A stretch of 61,622 nt of DNA, the filler included, from Vezdaea acicularis (lineage: Eukaryota), in assembly GCA_026025075.1 (NCBI GenBank). It is 3 parts of 3 records of this genome, joined end to end, with 100 filler letters (N's around TTAATTAATTAA, not from the genome) between each part and the next. Parts side by side here need not be neighbours in the genome. Positions count along the whole stretch, not along the records: positions 41,280 to 61,622 come from JAPEUI010000198.1; 2 more parts are not named here. One strand, given 5' to 3'. The position numbers and the translations under genes were made by a program. Shown piece by piece: positions 47,766-61,539 of this stretch. A model generated the notes under the pieces. The model was not told the DNA's origin. It did not search any database and saw only the letters and a list, made by a program, of their open reading frames with translations. Each line of letters opens with the position of its first letter. The first letter of the stretch is position 1.

Positions 47766-50030
47766 ATGACAAGCCCTGGCGCATCAGCGCAAGATGGACC
47801 GCATGCGCCCGCCTCCCCAGCGTCCACTAAGTCGGTGCCGGCGTATTACGAGTGAGCTAGTTCCGCAGGTCTACGTATCAAGCTGATGTTCACAAGCCTC
47901 GCAGCAAGCTACCGAACCGGATGAGGGACGTCAACAATTGTGATGCGGATATAGAAGAGAAGAAAGCTAGGGAAACTTCATTTCTCCTCGATTATGGCAG
48001 AGAGGATGCATGGATCTTGTATCAGCCCACCGCAGCGGAGACACTGGCCCTCCTGAAGTCCAAAGTGAGAGTGCCTCCTTCTCGAAAGTGAGCCCAAGCC
48101 TAATGTAAAATATAGAAAACAGACAAGCTGCATACAAGGTGGATGTGAGTTCTTCACGTAGCCAATTGCTGCGACTATGGCTGACTGCAGTGGACTAAAG
48201 AAACATATGGACGCCTTATGAGCACCGCGATGTCGTAAAGGTAGATCCACCGATCTAGCTTTTCTGCCAAGCCCCGAACCCGTTGCTCAATAAATATGCT
48301 AGACTATTGCCAAGTTCTACGACTTCTCACCAAGACTTTGCGCGCTCATGATATCGAAGCCGTCAACGCCTCACTACGTAATAAACACGGCCCATGTGTC
48401 GAGATACCAGAAAGCTTTCCAAGACTTTCAACAGATCTACAGCCCCGTGAACCGCACAAAAGATGTCGAACACTCCATCCCACTTGATGAGAGGGCAAAG
48501 GCATTGGTGGAGAAGCGTGGTGGCCCAGATCTTAGCCATTGGAGGATTGTAGACGAAGTGTGGCATTACTCGTCGGTAGACTGGGGAAAGAGATGTGAGT
48601 TCCTTTTGGAGAATGCCTCTTGGTGTATGAAACGCTCATTTGGCCGACTATCCTCTAGATACCTGTGTCGGTTACAACTCACTTCACCATATCGGCGCGC
48701 TTGGCCCAGCCTTGGAGGCGGAAAATCAACATCTCGGCGTATCTACACCGGCACAACCTGATAAACCTAGTGGTAAACGTGTCTGGTCATGGCTCATCCT
48801 CTGCGATGACGGTAGATCATGCCCCTACGCTCTCTAGATTGTACTGTAGCTGACAGCCGTCTGTTGCGCAGGTACAGTTATATCCATATATGAAGACCCC
48901 TTCCCCGGCCTCGATGCAAGCACGTCCGTCAAGCAAAATATCCTCGCCATCATTCGGTCTAACACCATGAACGTTTTTCATCAAATTACAAATCCTGACG
49001 ATGCTTCCAAAAACCCTAACCCCTTAATGCTACTTAACCTACGTGAGCCGTTGCCACCCTCGGGCAACTCGGCGAGCTTACTGTTCCATTACTTGTCCGA
49101 TGACTGGCAAACATCATACAAGCTCGTAGCGCGTGAAGAATACGCCTACGGGCGGCGCTTGGATGATTTAGTCAGTGGCCTGTCCCGTCAAACCCAAGTA
49201 AAACTTGATTGGAGCGTTAGAATTAACAACGATACGTAGCGCGTCAAAATGGAAGATAGGCCCCTAATCCACGACATCAAGAAACTGCATTCCATCGGAC
49301 GACAGCTCTCTGTCCTGAAGAAGATCTACCAGTCTTACCTACGTATCATAGACCGGGTGCTCGACAAACAATACCCAACAAGCGCCCTCGCCCAAAGACA
49401 AAGCCACAGCGCCGACAGCTCAAGCCGCATCACACTGGAAGGCAGCAACTTGGGCGTACCCCTAGGCGACGCCGTAGTCGTCAGATTCGAACGGCTTCGT
49501 GACCGCATCAGCCTCTACGCCATCGGCGAACTAGAGGACTGCCTAGCCGAGAAAGAAAGTCTCGTCTTCATGGTACGCCCCTCCCCACGTCCTCCCCCAT
49601 CCCCCCCTCCCTTCCTAACAACAGAACCCAAACCGCGCAGACATTCAACCTCCTCACCCACAAAGAATCCTCCGCCATCGAGCGCCTGACACGAACCACC
49701 ATCTTCCTCGCCAAAGTAACCATCCTCTTCCTCCCCGTCACCCTGATGACCTCCTATTTCAGCGTGCAGATCCCCGGCTTCACCACCGGCTACGACCTGC
49801 GTACCTACTGGCTCGCCTTTCTGGTCGTCATGCTCTTCAGTATCGCTAGTCTCTTCGTTTTCAGTTGGGCCACGGGCACGCTCGAGGGAAGAGCCGTGTA
49901 TAGGACGTTCTGGGGGACGGCGTGGGAGGCGCTGAAGGTGGTTAGTGGGAGGAGAGCGAGAGTTGGGTCGAGTGATGATGGTGATGCCTCGGATGGTAAC
50001 GGTGCGGGGAGGGCTAAGTCTTGGTTCTGA
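47766..50030 (+). CDS. CorA-like transporter-domain membrane protein (multi-exon)
   Basis: Spliced model: FLLDYGREDAW..TRW|INIWTPYEH..YDFSPRLCALM..VDEVWHYSSVDWG..RVWSWLILCDDG..DDW..RFERLRDRI..IERLTRTTIFLAKVTILFLPVTLMTSYFS, then a second TM helix. Confidence 0.78.
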
Positions 50031-50669
50031 GATCTCTTCGGCCGTTGGGGGAGCCAATTGAGAGTGCATAACGTATTGGAGAACTTTCCTTTCCTGCCAG
50101 AAAACCTCAATGAGTGCTGGCGCATGCCCATAGCCAGACCCCTCACCCAATCAAACGAACAAAACCTTCAAACCCTCCCATCACAGACACAGAAGACATC
50201 TCATTACCCCCCCCTCAGAACGAACCCCTACATCCCTCCTCCAACCCCAACTCCCCGAGTCTAGCCTAGCCAATCCACACTCCCCACCCCCCCGGCCGAA
50301 GACGCACGACCGCCACATTATTTATTCTCGGCGCGAACGCGCGGGGCTACGAGCTCGTGACTGGATCGTGCTGTGACGAAGAGTGGGCTCTGCGGGCGGG
50401 CTCTGGAGGAGTTCGCTGATGATGATGGGATGTTTAGTGGTGAGGAGGGGGAATGTGTGGGTGAGGAAAGCTCTGGGAGGAAGGGGATAAGTTTTGAGTT
50501 TGGTTATCTATGCATCTAGAGGACGGACGGAAACACTGGACCGTATATACACAAGTACCCCTTCCCTCGCACCTCCCAGTTTCGAAATACAGCCACACTC
50601 ACACCTCCCTCAACGCTCCCTCTCCCCGTACCTTCCCCCTCTCCAATCAGCTACCCGCCTACCCAGCGC

Positions 50670-52270
50670 TCACTGATCGAAATTATACCTCAACCACTCG
50701 CCCACCGCCCTCAGGCTCTCCCACCTGACACTCTCATCGGGATCGGCCATGAGCGCCAAACACCTCGCCTTGAGGCCCGCTTTCTCCAACCTGGATCTCT
50801 GCTCGGGCACCTCTTTGACGAGAAAAGCCACATCGTTGCAAGCGACGGCGAGGACGTGTTTATCCTGGTCCCAGGGCTTATCCATGATATTGGCGAGGAG
50901 ATTGAGAAGTTCGCCGTTGGCGTCGTCGCAGATGGCGCGGGCGTGGTCGTGCCAGAAGGAGGGGTTGCGGTGGGGGGGAGACCAGTAGAGGTGGCCGGAG
51001 CGGAGCTCGGCGGCGTATTGGTCGAAGGTGGTTTGGGTGTTGGTGTAGTCGTCCAGGAGGGTTGTCAGGGAGGAGAGGTCGGCGAGGAGGTCGGGGTCGG
51101 TGAGGTGGCGGGATTGGAGGGATTGGAGGAGGGAGGGGAGGCGGGCGAGGGCGGAGGCGGGGAGGAGGGAGGAGGGGTTGGCGGAGATGAGGTTGAGGAG
51201 GGTGGAGAGGAGGAGGCGCGTGGTTTTCTCTTTGGGGGAGAGGCGTAGCAGTCTGATGTAGAGCGGGATTATCTCGTGCTCTCTGAATGTCTGGTTAGTT
51301 GGGGGACTCTGAAGTGCTTGGTAGCTGCTGCGACGTACTCTTCTAATCCCTCGCCGACTAGATCCCCAGCAAAGCTGAGCTGCCACAGCACAAGCAAGAC
51401 GTGATAGAGCAGTTGAAGTCCCACGCCGCCTCCCATGCTGACTTCCGTCACGCTCCTGAGACTAGAACTCGACCCACTGCTCCACAGCGTCGATTCGTCC
51501 CCATTCCTGCCAACGCCCGCTGCTGCTCTCAATATATCGATGAGCGGGGTGATGGTGTCTTCCCGTTGATTCCAGAAAATCTCTCGTGCCCTCCTAGTCC
51601 GGAGTATGGCCGAGTACTCCTGGACCGCAATATCTTGTAGCCCGCTGTCTGCGCTCCTCGCCAGGCCCGATAGGTAGGTGTATAGCTTCGAGATAGCCCT
51701 CTCGGTGTCTGGCTTCGTCTTGGGGCTTGCAAGAAGCGAGCTCGATATAAGGCTGGCGAGCAGGGACGAGGTCAGAAGCGGTATTGCTTCCTCTGGATTT
51801 GATGACTGAGTGAGCAGCGGCAGGAACGGTTTGTATGGCTTCGGGTGCGAGAGGAGGCTACTTGTCAACGCCGGAATGTCTACAAAGTTTCGTGTTAGCC
51901 AAGAGTCCGCAGCCATTGGACCACAGGACAAAGCATTCGAGGACTAAAAGCCTATATCAAAGCTCTAGCACTGACCATCGATCAAGTCCCCAGCCAGGAC
52001 TAAGATGTATTGTACGACATCTGTGCGCTTGCCCGCAGACTCGAGGACGCTTTGTTCCTTGTCACTTCCCAGAAACAGAGACTTGAAGCCATCCAAGTCG
52101 GCCTCGACGGTCTGCCTCCGCTGCTCTCTCCGCACCTTATCAACCGACTTTATCTTCTTTAGATGGGCATCGGTAATGTGTCCGGCGCGGACGGCGCCCT
52201 CCCACGGGATTGGCCGTTGACGGATGTTGTTCTGGATGGAGAGAAGGTAGGCTGGGGGATCGAGAGACAT
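50670..52270 (-). CDS. VMA13: V-type ATPase V1 subunit H
   Basis: MSLDPPAYLLSIQNNIRQRPIPWEGAVRAG, GLQLLYHVLLVLWQLSF, SPKEKTTRLL, TFDQYAAELRSGHLYWSPPHRNPSFW, LAVACNDV; two introns. Confidence 0.93.
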
Positions 52271-53049
52271 GGCTTCGAGGATAGCTTGGTTTGCCTAAGA
52301 TAATCGCGATGGTGGAGCAAAGGGTGTATAGGAGGTGCTGGCGCAGAGGTGGCTCTTATCAAGGGGACCTGTAGCTCTTGGAAGTTTAAGCTCGCTGGAT
52401 CGTCATAATCTGCATTTCCCGGCTAGAGCATACGCGAAGGCCCCATATTGTCACGGGAAGCACAACATCAGATAATAATCAAGATATTGAATTATACGCA
52501 ATCTATTTTCCCGGATTGATTATTTAGCTAGAACATCATTCTCATGACGATTTATGGATCAGAATAAGATTTAATTTTGTTTCATGCACGACGCTCGAGC
52601 AGTATTTTAATGCTCGATATACTAAAAGCTTGCCCTACTCTGTCAAGCAGCTGATAATCATACATATCCCTTGATCTGACTAGACCCGCCTGATAGCAAG
52701 TGCATGCGGCTGTTTTCCATGAGAAATGCGAGCAGCTGGCCTCTAAAGTAGGGTCTTTATCATGCCTGCATGATTAAGCAAAGAGCCCCTACGAAAATGC
52801 AAACTATATCTACAGAATCGAACATGTGCCGCTTCATATATTCTCCTGGTAGCTGAGAAATTGTTAAAGCTTATATGACTCAACCTTGACTTCGTCGTGC
52901 CAGTTGCCGCTGCTATAGGAGTATAGTCAGGATTGCCACCATAGATTGACCGTCATTGAAGTAAGTATAAGTGTCTTTGCAAAGTATCAGACAAGCTTCG
53001 CAGCGAACCGGTTCTACCACCAAAGCCCAAATCAAGGACATGAGAATCG

Positions 53050-54233
53050 TCAACTCGTCTCCTCTTCCGTCCGCCGATACCAAGGCGTCTCTCCCGTAAG
53101 CGCCAGCTCTCTCTCCGGCAGCAGCTCGATCTTTTTCGCATCAGGCACCGTCCCATGCTTCCTGGCATGATAGTACACTTCAGCCTCCATGAAGCTACTC
53201 AAGGCCAACTCCTTCTCCAACCACTCTTCTTTATGCCGTTTCTTCCAGGAATCAACCTCTTCTTCCAGCTCCAACGTCTCTTCTTCCGCCCACGCAACGT
53301 CTCGTCGGAGGAGTCGGAACAATTGCTGATACCCTTTTTGCCGTTCCTCCTCGGTGAATTTGAGATCGTCTTGGTCCATGGAGGGGTTCAGCTCGGAGGC
53401 ATTTGGACTTTCTGGAGCATCTGCCGTGTCGAGCATACTCTCTTCGTTGAAATCCGGACCCTCGTCATCTCCATTGTGCTGTTCGTCGGGGGGTCGGGCA
53501 GAGATGATGAGCTTCAGTCTTTGATTTCGATTCGGTGGGTTCGAGGAGTGGTTCTTCGGGACCGGATCCGAGGGACGAAGCGCTTCGGTCTCGTGGACAG
53601 TCCGCATATGCTTCGCGAGCGCATCAGACCGCGTGAAGGATCTATCACACTCTGCTTCCAATGAGCTTTAATACTCCAGCATCACCGAAGAAGAGGAAAA
53701 ATACCTGGGAGGGCGCAAAAGAACGGCTTCTCCCTCGTATGGCTTCTCATATGCGCCCTCAGGGCGTATCCGCTCGCATGCGGCATACCCTTCCGCGTAC
53801 AGCCATCCCACTCACACGCATACTTCTTCTGCCTCGCACCAATATGCACATCATGTATATGCGTGACCAGCCGATCCATATTGTCCAGATCGCCCACGGG
53901 GCAGCCTTCCCATCTACAAGCCGTGACTTGCTCGTGGCCTCCGTCGTCTTCGAGCATTTGCGGGATGCTGGTCGGGCTGCCGGGGACGTCGCCGGAGGTA
54001 TCGGAGGAGATGTCGGACTCGGTGTCGTTTTCGTTGTTGTCGTATTCGATGGCGTGGGAGTTGGAGCTGCGTCGGTCGTAGGATGTTCCCATTCGCTGCC
54101 GCTTGGCGGGAGGCATGCTGGGGGCGTCGTGCAGGTCGTCGAGGCTCATGTCGTGGTCTTCGACTTTGAGCTCTTCGGTGAAGTTCTCCGAGGAGAGCGA
54201 GCTAAGGGAAGACGGCGAAGGTGAATCGGCCAT
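53050..54233 (-). CDS. iec1: INO80 complex subunit Iec1-like C2H2 zinc-finger protein
   Basis: CRWEGC..LVTHIHDVH, YACEWDGCTRKGMPHASGYALRAHMRSHTREKPFFCALP|ECDRSFTRSDALAKHMRTVHETEALRPSDP; one intron. Confidence 0.82.
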
Positions 54234-54760
54234 GATGCGGGTTTGGATAGTAAATCGTGGTATCGGTGGTTGGCGAGATTATATAGAAACCACGACCTCG
54301 AAGTTCGTGAAGTTTGCTTGACAAGGCAACTCCAACCCGTGAGCTAAGCGGCTGAATTCGCAAGCCGAATTCCCTTATTCAGAGGCCAACAGTAGCACAG
54401 TACGTCCTAATTGTTCGGTCAAAATTGCAGAATATAATTTCATAGATTATAAGTATTCAGATTATATTCAAATTGCGTGGTCTGAACTTCACAAACATGG
54501 ACAGATCATAATTATACTAGATTAAGAGACATCTTCAAGAGACAGCAAAAGGACCCATGCCAAATGTTCACAAGCCGACTCCCGAACGCGCCCAATGCCA
54601 AAAGAGCCAGCTCCGCTCAAATACATGCAGCTTACAACTCCATCAAGCGAAATATTAGAAGACTTTCGAAGATCGCTCCTCCTCTCCAGATCTAACATAA
54701 CGCAAAAAAAATTGTAACAAACCCAGATACAACAAATTACAGTGAAAGAACTATCTCATC

Positions 54761-57676
54761 TCATCTCATTAGTGGCGAACTTCTCGGAGTTGCCCTTGGA
54801 GTACCCATGACGCCGAGACTGACTTTACTGCCTCCTCTCTCCCCATTGACCACCCGGGTCCAGTCCTCCCATTCTTTAGCGACTTCCATCAGGATACCTC
54901 CCATGACGGCGGCGCTCGCCATGAGACCGTGTCCTTCGCCTTCCAGAACTCGGACTTCGCAACGCCGCATTGTCTTGCCCAGCCAGCGCACGTTCTCCAC
55001 CGGGACGCGCGTGTCTTTGCTGCCGTGGTGGATGACGACTGCGCGGGTGATGTCCACGTATCTGAATCCAATCTCTTGTCTTCTCTCCAGGCATACGAGC
55101 AAGTCGACGGCCGGATTGGCGTTTGTGGTTGCCAGGTCCCAGATGGCATGTGTTAAACGCTCGTCGTAAGTGCTCTGGCGCTCCTTCTCCGCCAAGGACA
55201 TGGCGGCTGCGGCTAGGATTGCAGCCTCGGAGTTGGGGTCTTCGGCATTGGCTCTCGATACTGGAGACATATCATCTTCCCCGGGCTGAGGAAACAGCAG
55301 AGAATCGCGCCTGTTAGTGCTCCCAGGCGTGTCCCGGCCACCACCACTACGTCGAGTCTTACTGCGCCTGGGAGACTTGGGAAGGCTAGACGTGATACTA
55401 CTACTCGTCGCGCTCATAAAGCTAGAATTGGCAGCTTTGAGAATAGGTGTTGGTAGGGCACGGAGGATACGTTGAGAGGTAGGCATGGAGCCATTGGGAG
55501 CAGGCCCTTGTTGTGAGCCTATCCGTGTGAGCTGCGAGGGCGGGATCCATGGAGCGAGTAGATGGATGCGCCCTCTAATGTGTTGTGGCATTCGGAGAGC
55601 AGTAGCAAGCGCATAGATGGCGCCCGCTGAATGGGCTAGGATTGAGAACTTGGTGATTTTCAGGGCTTGGCATATTGAGTAAACATCGTCTGGGTCTCGT
55701 GGTTAGTATTGTCTCAGAGTGATTGCGGGATTGATGCGCTTACCCGGCCAGCTGAGAGGCGTTCCAGTCCCATCATAGTATGGGTCACTATCACCTACAC
55801 CAGGCCTATCAGGGGTGATAAGGCGAAGTTTTAGCGTTAGGGCAAGTTCATCGTAAAAGGCAGTGATATATCTCGTCAAGCCCATGCCCACACAGCAGAA
55901 TACTGCAAACCCTTCCGAGTCGCCAACTTCCGAAAACGATATCGTACGCCCTGTTTGCGGATGCCGGATCTTCTGCGAGAGACGGGGAGAACAGAGATAT
56001 GCTTCTACTGCATCGTCGATGGAATCCGCGCTTGACGGTCGCTCCTCGACCACCATGGTGGGGGGCCTTGCTGCATTGGACTCGGAGTTTCTTCCCAAGG
56101 GAGCCAGAGGATTCGAGTTGCTCCTTCGATGGCGCTCAGAAGGACTCGGGGGCAGCGAGATACGCTTGAGGCGAGAGCTCGTTCGCTTTGGCGTGCTCGT
56201 GTCAGTTCCTGGCAAGAGGTCTAGCGAAGGCTTCCTATTTGGGCCTTGCTTCGCCAGTTTGCTGCCCTTGGACTGGAAGGAGTTTATTCGTGTGGTTGAA
56301 TTCTCTCGAGCCTTCCGCTGGACGATTGCGGGTGATGGTGCACTTTCTTCTTCCGAGAGGAGGGCTCTCTCCTCCACCTCAGCAGCCTGCGCGACCTGCT
56401 TAGGTGCTTCGGCAGTCAAAGCTGGAGGTTTCGACTCCCGTCTTGGTGGCGGGAATGTTGGGCTGCTCAGTGGGCTTTGCAATTTCATGGGCGGCTCCGA
56501 GGTGATCAATGCCGGGGGATAGTGTTTGGGCTTCTTCTCTCTTGCACCATCTGTTTGAATGCCGTTCTCGTCCCTTCTCTCCTTATTGGCGTCGTCGTGC
56601 GGGCTTGACTCTCCATCTTCTTCTTTTATACCTGGCGCGAGAGATCCGCGCCTACTGGAATGATGACTCGAAGAATGATGGGACTGGCGTTTCTTCCTCG
56701 ATGGGCTGCCCGTCTTCCGAAGGGATGAATCTCTAGTAGGAATGAATCGCGCGCCATTGAGGGCTGGACTTGCGCCTCCAAGACTCGGACTATGGCCTCC
56801 AATGCTTGGGCTTGTTGCCGTTGGCGAGCCCGGGACGCTCCGGCTCGTTGAATCTAAGATCATGTCCGGCTCCTCGCGGATCCCTCTTCCCGTGATACGA
56901 GATTCAGAGTTGAGACTATGCATGCCATCACCTAGATTGTCGAGACCCAGCCCATCCCCTCCACTATTTCCACTTCGTCTCCTCTCATGATTATCCCGCA
57001 ATCGTTCTTTCGAGCTCATAAACATCAAGCCCTTGTGACTTCTCCTACTATGCCTGCTATCACTACCTCCCGATGCAGTCCTAGAAGACTCCCTCGGCGG
57101 TATGCCAGGCTCGATGCTTACGCTCCCGATACTGCTCACATCGTCGAAGTCCTTCGGGCTCTTCTGCGACTCGCTGAACGATTCTGGTCTCCCAAAAGGC
57201 GGTTTCGAGGTACGTAGTGGTGAGATGAGCGAGGCATCTTGAGGATGTAAATAGTCCCGAGCATCCATATAGGCGCTGCGAGGAGTAGGCGGACCGCTGT
57301 CACTCGGAAACCCTGGTATATCGAAAGGGAATCTGCTATCGAGCGCACTGGGTGAGGAGGGCGTGGATCTGCTCTCGCCAATTGAAGGTATCCTGTCGAA
57401 GTGCTCCTGTGCTGGGGAGGATATGGCGGATAGAGATGAGATCAACGATGAGATGACCTCTGGCGATGCAGGAGGGAGTTGAACATTGTTTGCCGACGAA
57501 GCCGCGGACTGTTTGGCTATCTTCACCGCAGGAGGTGGCAGCGATCGCCGTCGCTTCCCATTCTGAAGGGTGTGCTTTCTTTCAGGTATCTCCGGTACGG
57601 CAGGTATTGGCACGAAGGCCAGGTCGTGCGTTGCTTGCTTTGTTTCCATCCTGGTACTATGAGCGCCACGGCTCAT
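54761..57676 (-). CDS. Alpha/beta-hydrolase-fold protein with long disordered N-terminus
   Basis: ISFSEVGD..VGMGLTRY..LITPDRPGVG, (intron) ILAHSAGAIYAL, HHGSKDTRVP, LEGEGHGLMA; start at 57676 or 57649. Confidence 0.85.
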
Positions 57677-58988
57677 CGAGCCTTGGGGTATTGAACACGC
57701 TCAGCTGGTTTGTTTAAGTCGCATTAGGACTTTTCTGAATGTTCGAATCTGCCGAAGTTGCGACGATTGCGGAGAAGGTCGCAGCAGTGGTGGAAGATGT
57801 CCCAGACGTTGAATGAGCCAGTCCCAGAGTAGACTGGATGTTATGCAGACGGAGCAAAAGGAAGTCCAAGAACTAAATTGATCTGGACTGCACGGATGTT
57901 GGCGAGAGGTGATGCGATCTCTCGAGGATTGCTTGCTTCTTCCCGAATATTGTTCCTGATCTTGGTCCTCGAATTGGGCAATGACGAATCAATCGACGGC
58001 TTGTGTCTCGTGCAACGTTTCTAAGCCGCCTCTTCCCCGTACCTGCGTATTCGAGGAGATGTATCTGATGTGAGCGGCAGCGGACTGGATGTGAGCAAGA
58101 TCGGACGGTCGTCCGCCGTTGGTCGTAGCGGGGGATGGATGCGATTAAGATACAGGTCGCAATGCAGGCGCGAGGTTGGCGCACGAGGAGGGCAACTTGG
58201 GGGGATGCAGCAACGCCGTTGCGATATTACGCTGCCTTGCGAGGAAGCCTTTGACTATATAAAAAAGCAAAGGAATCGACGCACGCTGCAGGCCATACCC
58301 ATACCGCGGTGTGCTGCTGAGGGACGGGATCCAAGATAGCTCGTTGGGCGTTAGTGACCGTGGCCAGTCGTGGATAGGGGCGGCTTGCTGCTCTGGTGCG
58401 GCGCCGAAATAAGCGCAACATGAAAGTGGGGGAATGCGACTGCGCGGCGACTGGCTTGGGCGATCCCACCGGGTCCCGGCGCCCTGGGAGCGCTCTGGTT
58501 CCGACGGAGCGTGCGCTTTTCCTCCACCGTCGATCGGAGAGATGGGGATGCCAGCGGTCCTGGAGAGGGGAACGATTGGCAGGAGACCGTCAACATCACC
58601 ACCGAAGTCTCCGTTCTCTGTGCTCGCAAAGACGAAGCTCTTGGCCGTGCGAGGCCGCTTCGTGGGATGACCCTGCGATCCTCGTCTCATCTTACGGGCC
58701 AGTCGCACGGCGTCCGACGTGCGAGACTCCGTTTCAAGGCGCCGGCTGGCGCAGGAACCCCCGTCCCACCCCGACTCGGCGCTTTTCCGAGGTTGGCGCT
58801 GGTGTGGCTTGTTCGCCGCCTCGTGGCTGAAGACCGCGTCGCTCTCCAGCGTTCTTGCTTTCTCGCGTCGGTTTCTCGCACTTCGTCATAGCCCTATTCA
58901 TCGCCATGATGCCCTCTGTATAGCCTCAGCGCCTCGACATTACTTTGCATATGTTTCTAGCGGATTCCTTGTTAATGACATACCCACC

Positions 58989-60023
58989 ATGGACGCGCTC
59001 ATCTCACTTCCCGTGCTCTCCTGGCTGGTCATCCCTTCCTTCGGCGCATACTCCACCTCGCTCAACCTCCTCTTCTTTTACATGACCTGGGCGACCTTAG
59101 TCCTGTCGCATCCCCCCTTGCGAGTCGAGCTGGTCGGCTGTCTCGCAATTCGACTGCTGTTCTATGTAGTCCCTTCGACACTTTTCTTCCTGTTCGACTG
59201 TCTCATTCCCTCGCTCTCCGTGAGCATCAAGATCCAGGGCCCCGCCGCGCTCCCGGTCCCTCCCGCACGAAGGAGAAGAGTGAGGAGTGTGAGAGCCCCA
59301 CGGTCGTCGTATCTCTGGGCCCAGGTGCTGGGATTATCCCTGGCAAACATAGTCTTCGGCCTCGCCCTGCAGGCCGGCGTAGAGCTGCTGTTTACGGACG
59401 TATTTCGCATCCGATCTGCCCTCAAAGTCACGACCTCCTTGCCCTTCCCATGGGCCATTGCGAAAGATATCGGACGCGGCTATCTCCTCCGCGAGATCTT
59501 CCAATACTACATCCATCGGTATGCTCTGCACCAGACTTCAAACCCCCTCGCACAAGGGCATCAGTGTCTGCACCACAGCATGAGCGCTCCCTACTCCTTC
59601 GTGGCGCATTACGACAACCCGCTTTCGTGGGTACTGTGGCGCTTCATCCCCGTCTACGGCCCTGCCGTCGTCTTCAGATTCCATCTCCTCACCTACTTCA
59701 TATTCCTCGCCACCGTCTCGGTCGAGGAGTGTTTGACATATAGCGGGTATTCCACCGTCCCGTCGCTGATACTTGGCGGGATTTCCAAGAGGACGGACTT
59801 GCATATGGAAACGGGAGGGGAGGGCAACTTCGCGCCGTGGGGCTTGCTCGATTGGATCAGCGGCACGAGCGCGGGCCAGGACATTGGAGACGATGTGAGG
59901 GAGGAGTTGGAAAAGCATGACGTCGGCGAAAGGGTGGGGGAAAGCTGGGATGCTGTAAAGGGTGGCGTGAGGGAGGGCGTGAGGGAGAAGTCTAAGAGAA
60001 GGAGGGCCAGGAAGGATGACTAA
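58989..60023 (+). CDS. Fatty-acid hydroxylase / sterol desaturase family membrane protein
   Basis: ATG at 58989 (caccATGG); YSTSLNLLFFYMTW, QYYIHRYALH, HQCLHHS, GNFAPWGLLDWI. Confidence 0.8.
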   Translation: MDALISLPVLSWLVIPSFGAYSTSLNLLFFYMTWATLVLSHPPLRVELVGCLAIRLLFYVVPSTLFFLFDCLIPSLSVSIKIQGPAALPVPPARRRRVRSVRAPRSSYLWAQVLGLSLANIVFGLALQAGVELLFTDVFRIRSALKVTTSLPFPWAIAKDIGRGYLLREIFQYYIHRYALHQTSNPLAQGHQCLHHSMSAPYSFVAHYDNPLSWVLWRFIPVYGPAVVFRFHLLTYFIFLATVSVEECLTYSGYSTVPSLILGGISKRTDLHMETGGEGNFAPWGLLDWISGTSAGQDIGDDVREELEKHDVGERVGESWDAVKGGVREGVREKSKRRRARKDD

Positions 60024-60491
60024 TGAGACATCTTCTGCATGACAGGCCTGGACGGATGCGCGTGCGGAGAGGTCTAGTGATCTTCGAAGAACGCAAAGGC
60101 ACACACGTGATTTATTGGACGTCACCGCTCAAAATTTGGATTAACTGCATTTTGGGAGTAGCATCTTGTATGGATGATGGCAGATTGATACCCGATTAGC
60201 GCTTTGTGTTGGGAGAATGTCGGGAAGCGAGTTGTCGCGAGGACCTGCAGAGGTGCGATTACCTCATCCTGGGAAGCTTTATATACTGCTTATGTGGGGT
60301 GATCACGCTGGACTATTACACGAGAGATGCCATTTATTGAGATCTGTATTGGAACTCCTTCGTACAGTGAGCAACTATGATCTCAAGGCCGGAGCTCCGT
60401 TACTTTCTGAACGGCAGAACTTGCGGCATGCTTGCCCTTTGACACGCCCGCGAGGCTCTTGTCCAATTATCTAAACCCAGCATCCGCCGAG

Positions 60492-61404
60492 TTAAAACTT
60501 CATCTCATGTGGTCGATCACCCTTTCGCAAGCTAAAACTGCTCCCCAGATATTGAATCAGGTGCGGTTCCTTCTTGATATTTGCCAGCAGAACCTTATCG
60601 ACGGCTTTTTGGTCGCTAGCGCGAGCACTAGAAGGTTTCTTCTTCTATATACCCAAGGTGTTAGCCCTCAGTTCATGAGACGTTCGGTCTCACCAAAGTA
60701 GTGTGACGTACCTCTGGCTTCTCGCCCTGCTTGAAGAATTCCTCCTCGCCCTTCTTTCCTTCTTTGCCCTTCTCTCGAGCGAAGTAGCCGTCCTTAGCTA
60801 CCTTCTCTACTGTCTTCTCGTCTACGCCCTTTAGATCGACCTTGGCGCTTGTGGCGATGACGTACCGGGCGTTGACTCTCCGCAAAGGTACGCCATTGAC
60901 TTTGAAGGGTCCAGTGACCAAGAGAATGCCCTCGGGAAGATGCTTTAGGAGGATAACTCGCTTGCCACGAAAGCGGCCAGCGAGGAGAATAAGGATTGAG
61001 CCAGGAGTGAGGGTGGGGCGTGGGACTGCCGGTCGAATGGTTTTCCGGACCTATAGCCACAGAATTAGTGGTTGCCACAAATTGTAAAAACTTAATGGCG
61101 TGCATATAGAGCGAGCTTAGTAGATTCCATTAAGGGGAGGGTGGGTTTGTTGCTTTGATACGCGCTCGGTATGGGCTTTACAAGAGAGCCTGCCAAAGGT
61201 TTGATATTACACAATTGAAGGCTTTGAGCCCCTTGCACTGTATGATAGAGCCGTACGGCAAAAACGTACCTTCTTCCTTCGCTGCTCGTCCTCAGCTGGG
61301 TACCACTTCTTCGCCTTGTGTGTGTGATGCGGCACCTCTCGCTCAGACTTGCCGAATTTCTTCTTTGTGGAAGATGGATGATTGGCCTCAAGACTTGCCG
61401 ACAT
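60492..61404 (-). CDS. RPL6: 60S ribosomal protein L6 (eL6)
   Basis: [69 protein letters not shown]; two introns. Confidence 0.96.
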
Positions 61405-61539
61405 CCTGAATGATGCTCAAGGGATCCAGCAAACGACCGGAGAATTGAATGTCGACCGGTGTTGGTGGTCGAAGTTGTCGTGGGAGTGGTTGATCGACAA
61501 CTACGCGATGAGTGGGCTTTCGCTTCCTCCAGACTGTGA

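Noticed and set aside
57700..58980. Dense overlapping ORFs between the hydrolase and desaturase genes
   Set aside because: GC-rich divergent promoter/UTR region; no conserved protein signal recognised.
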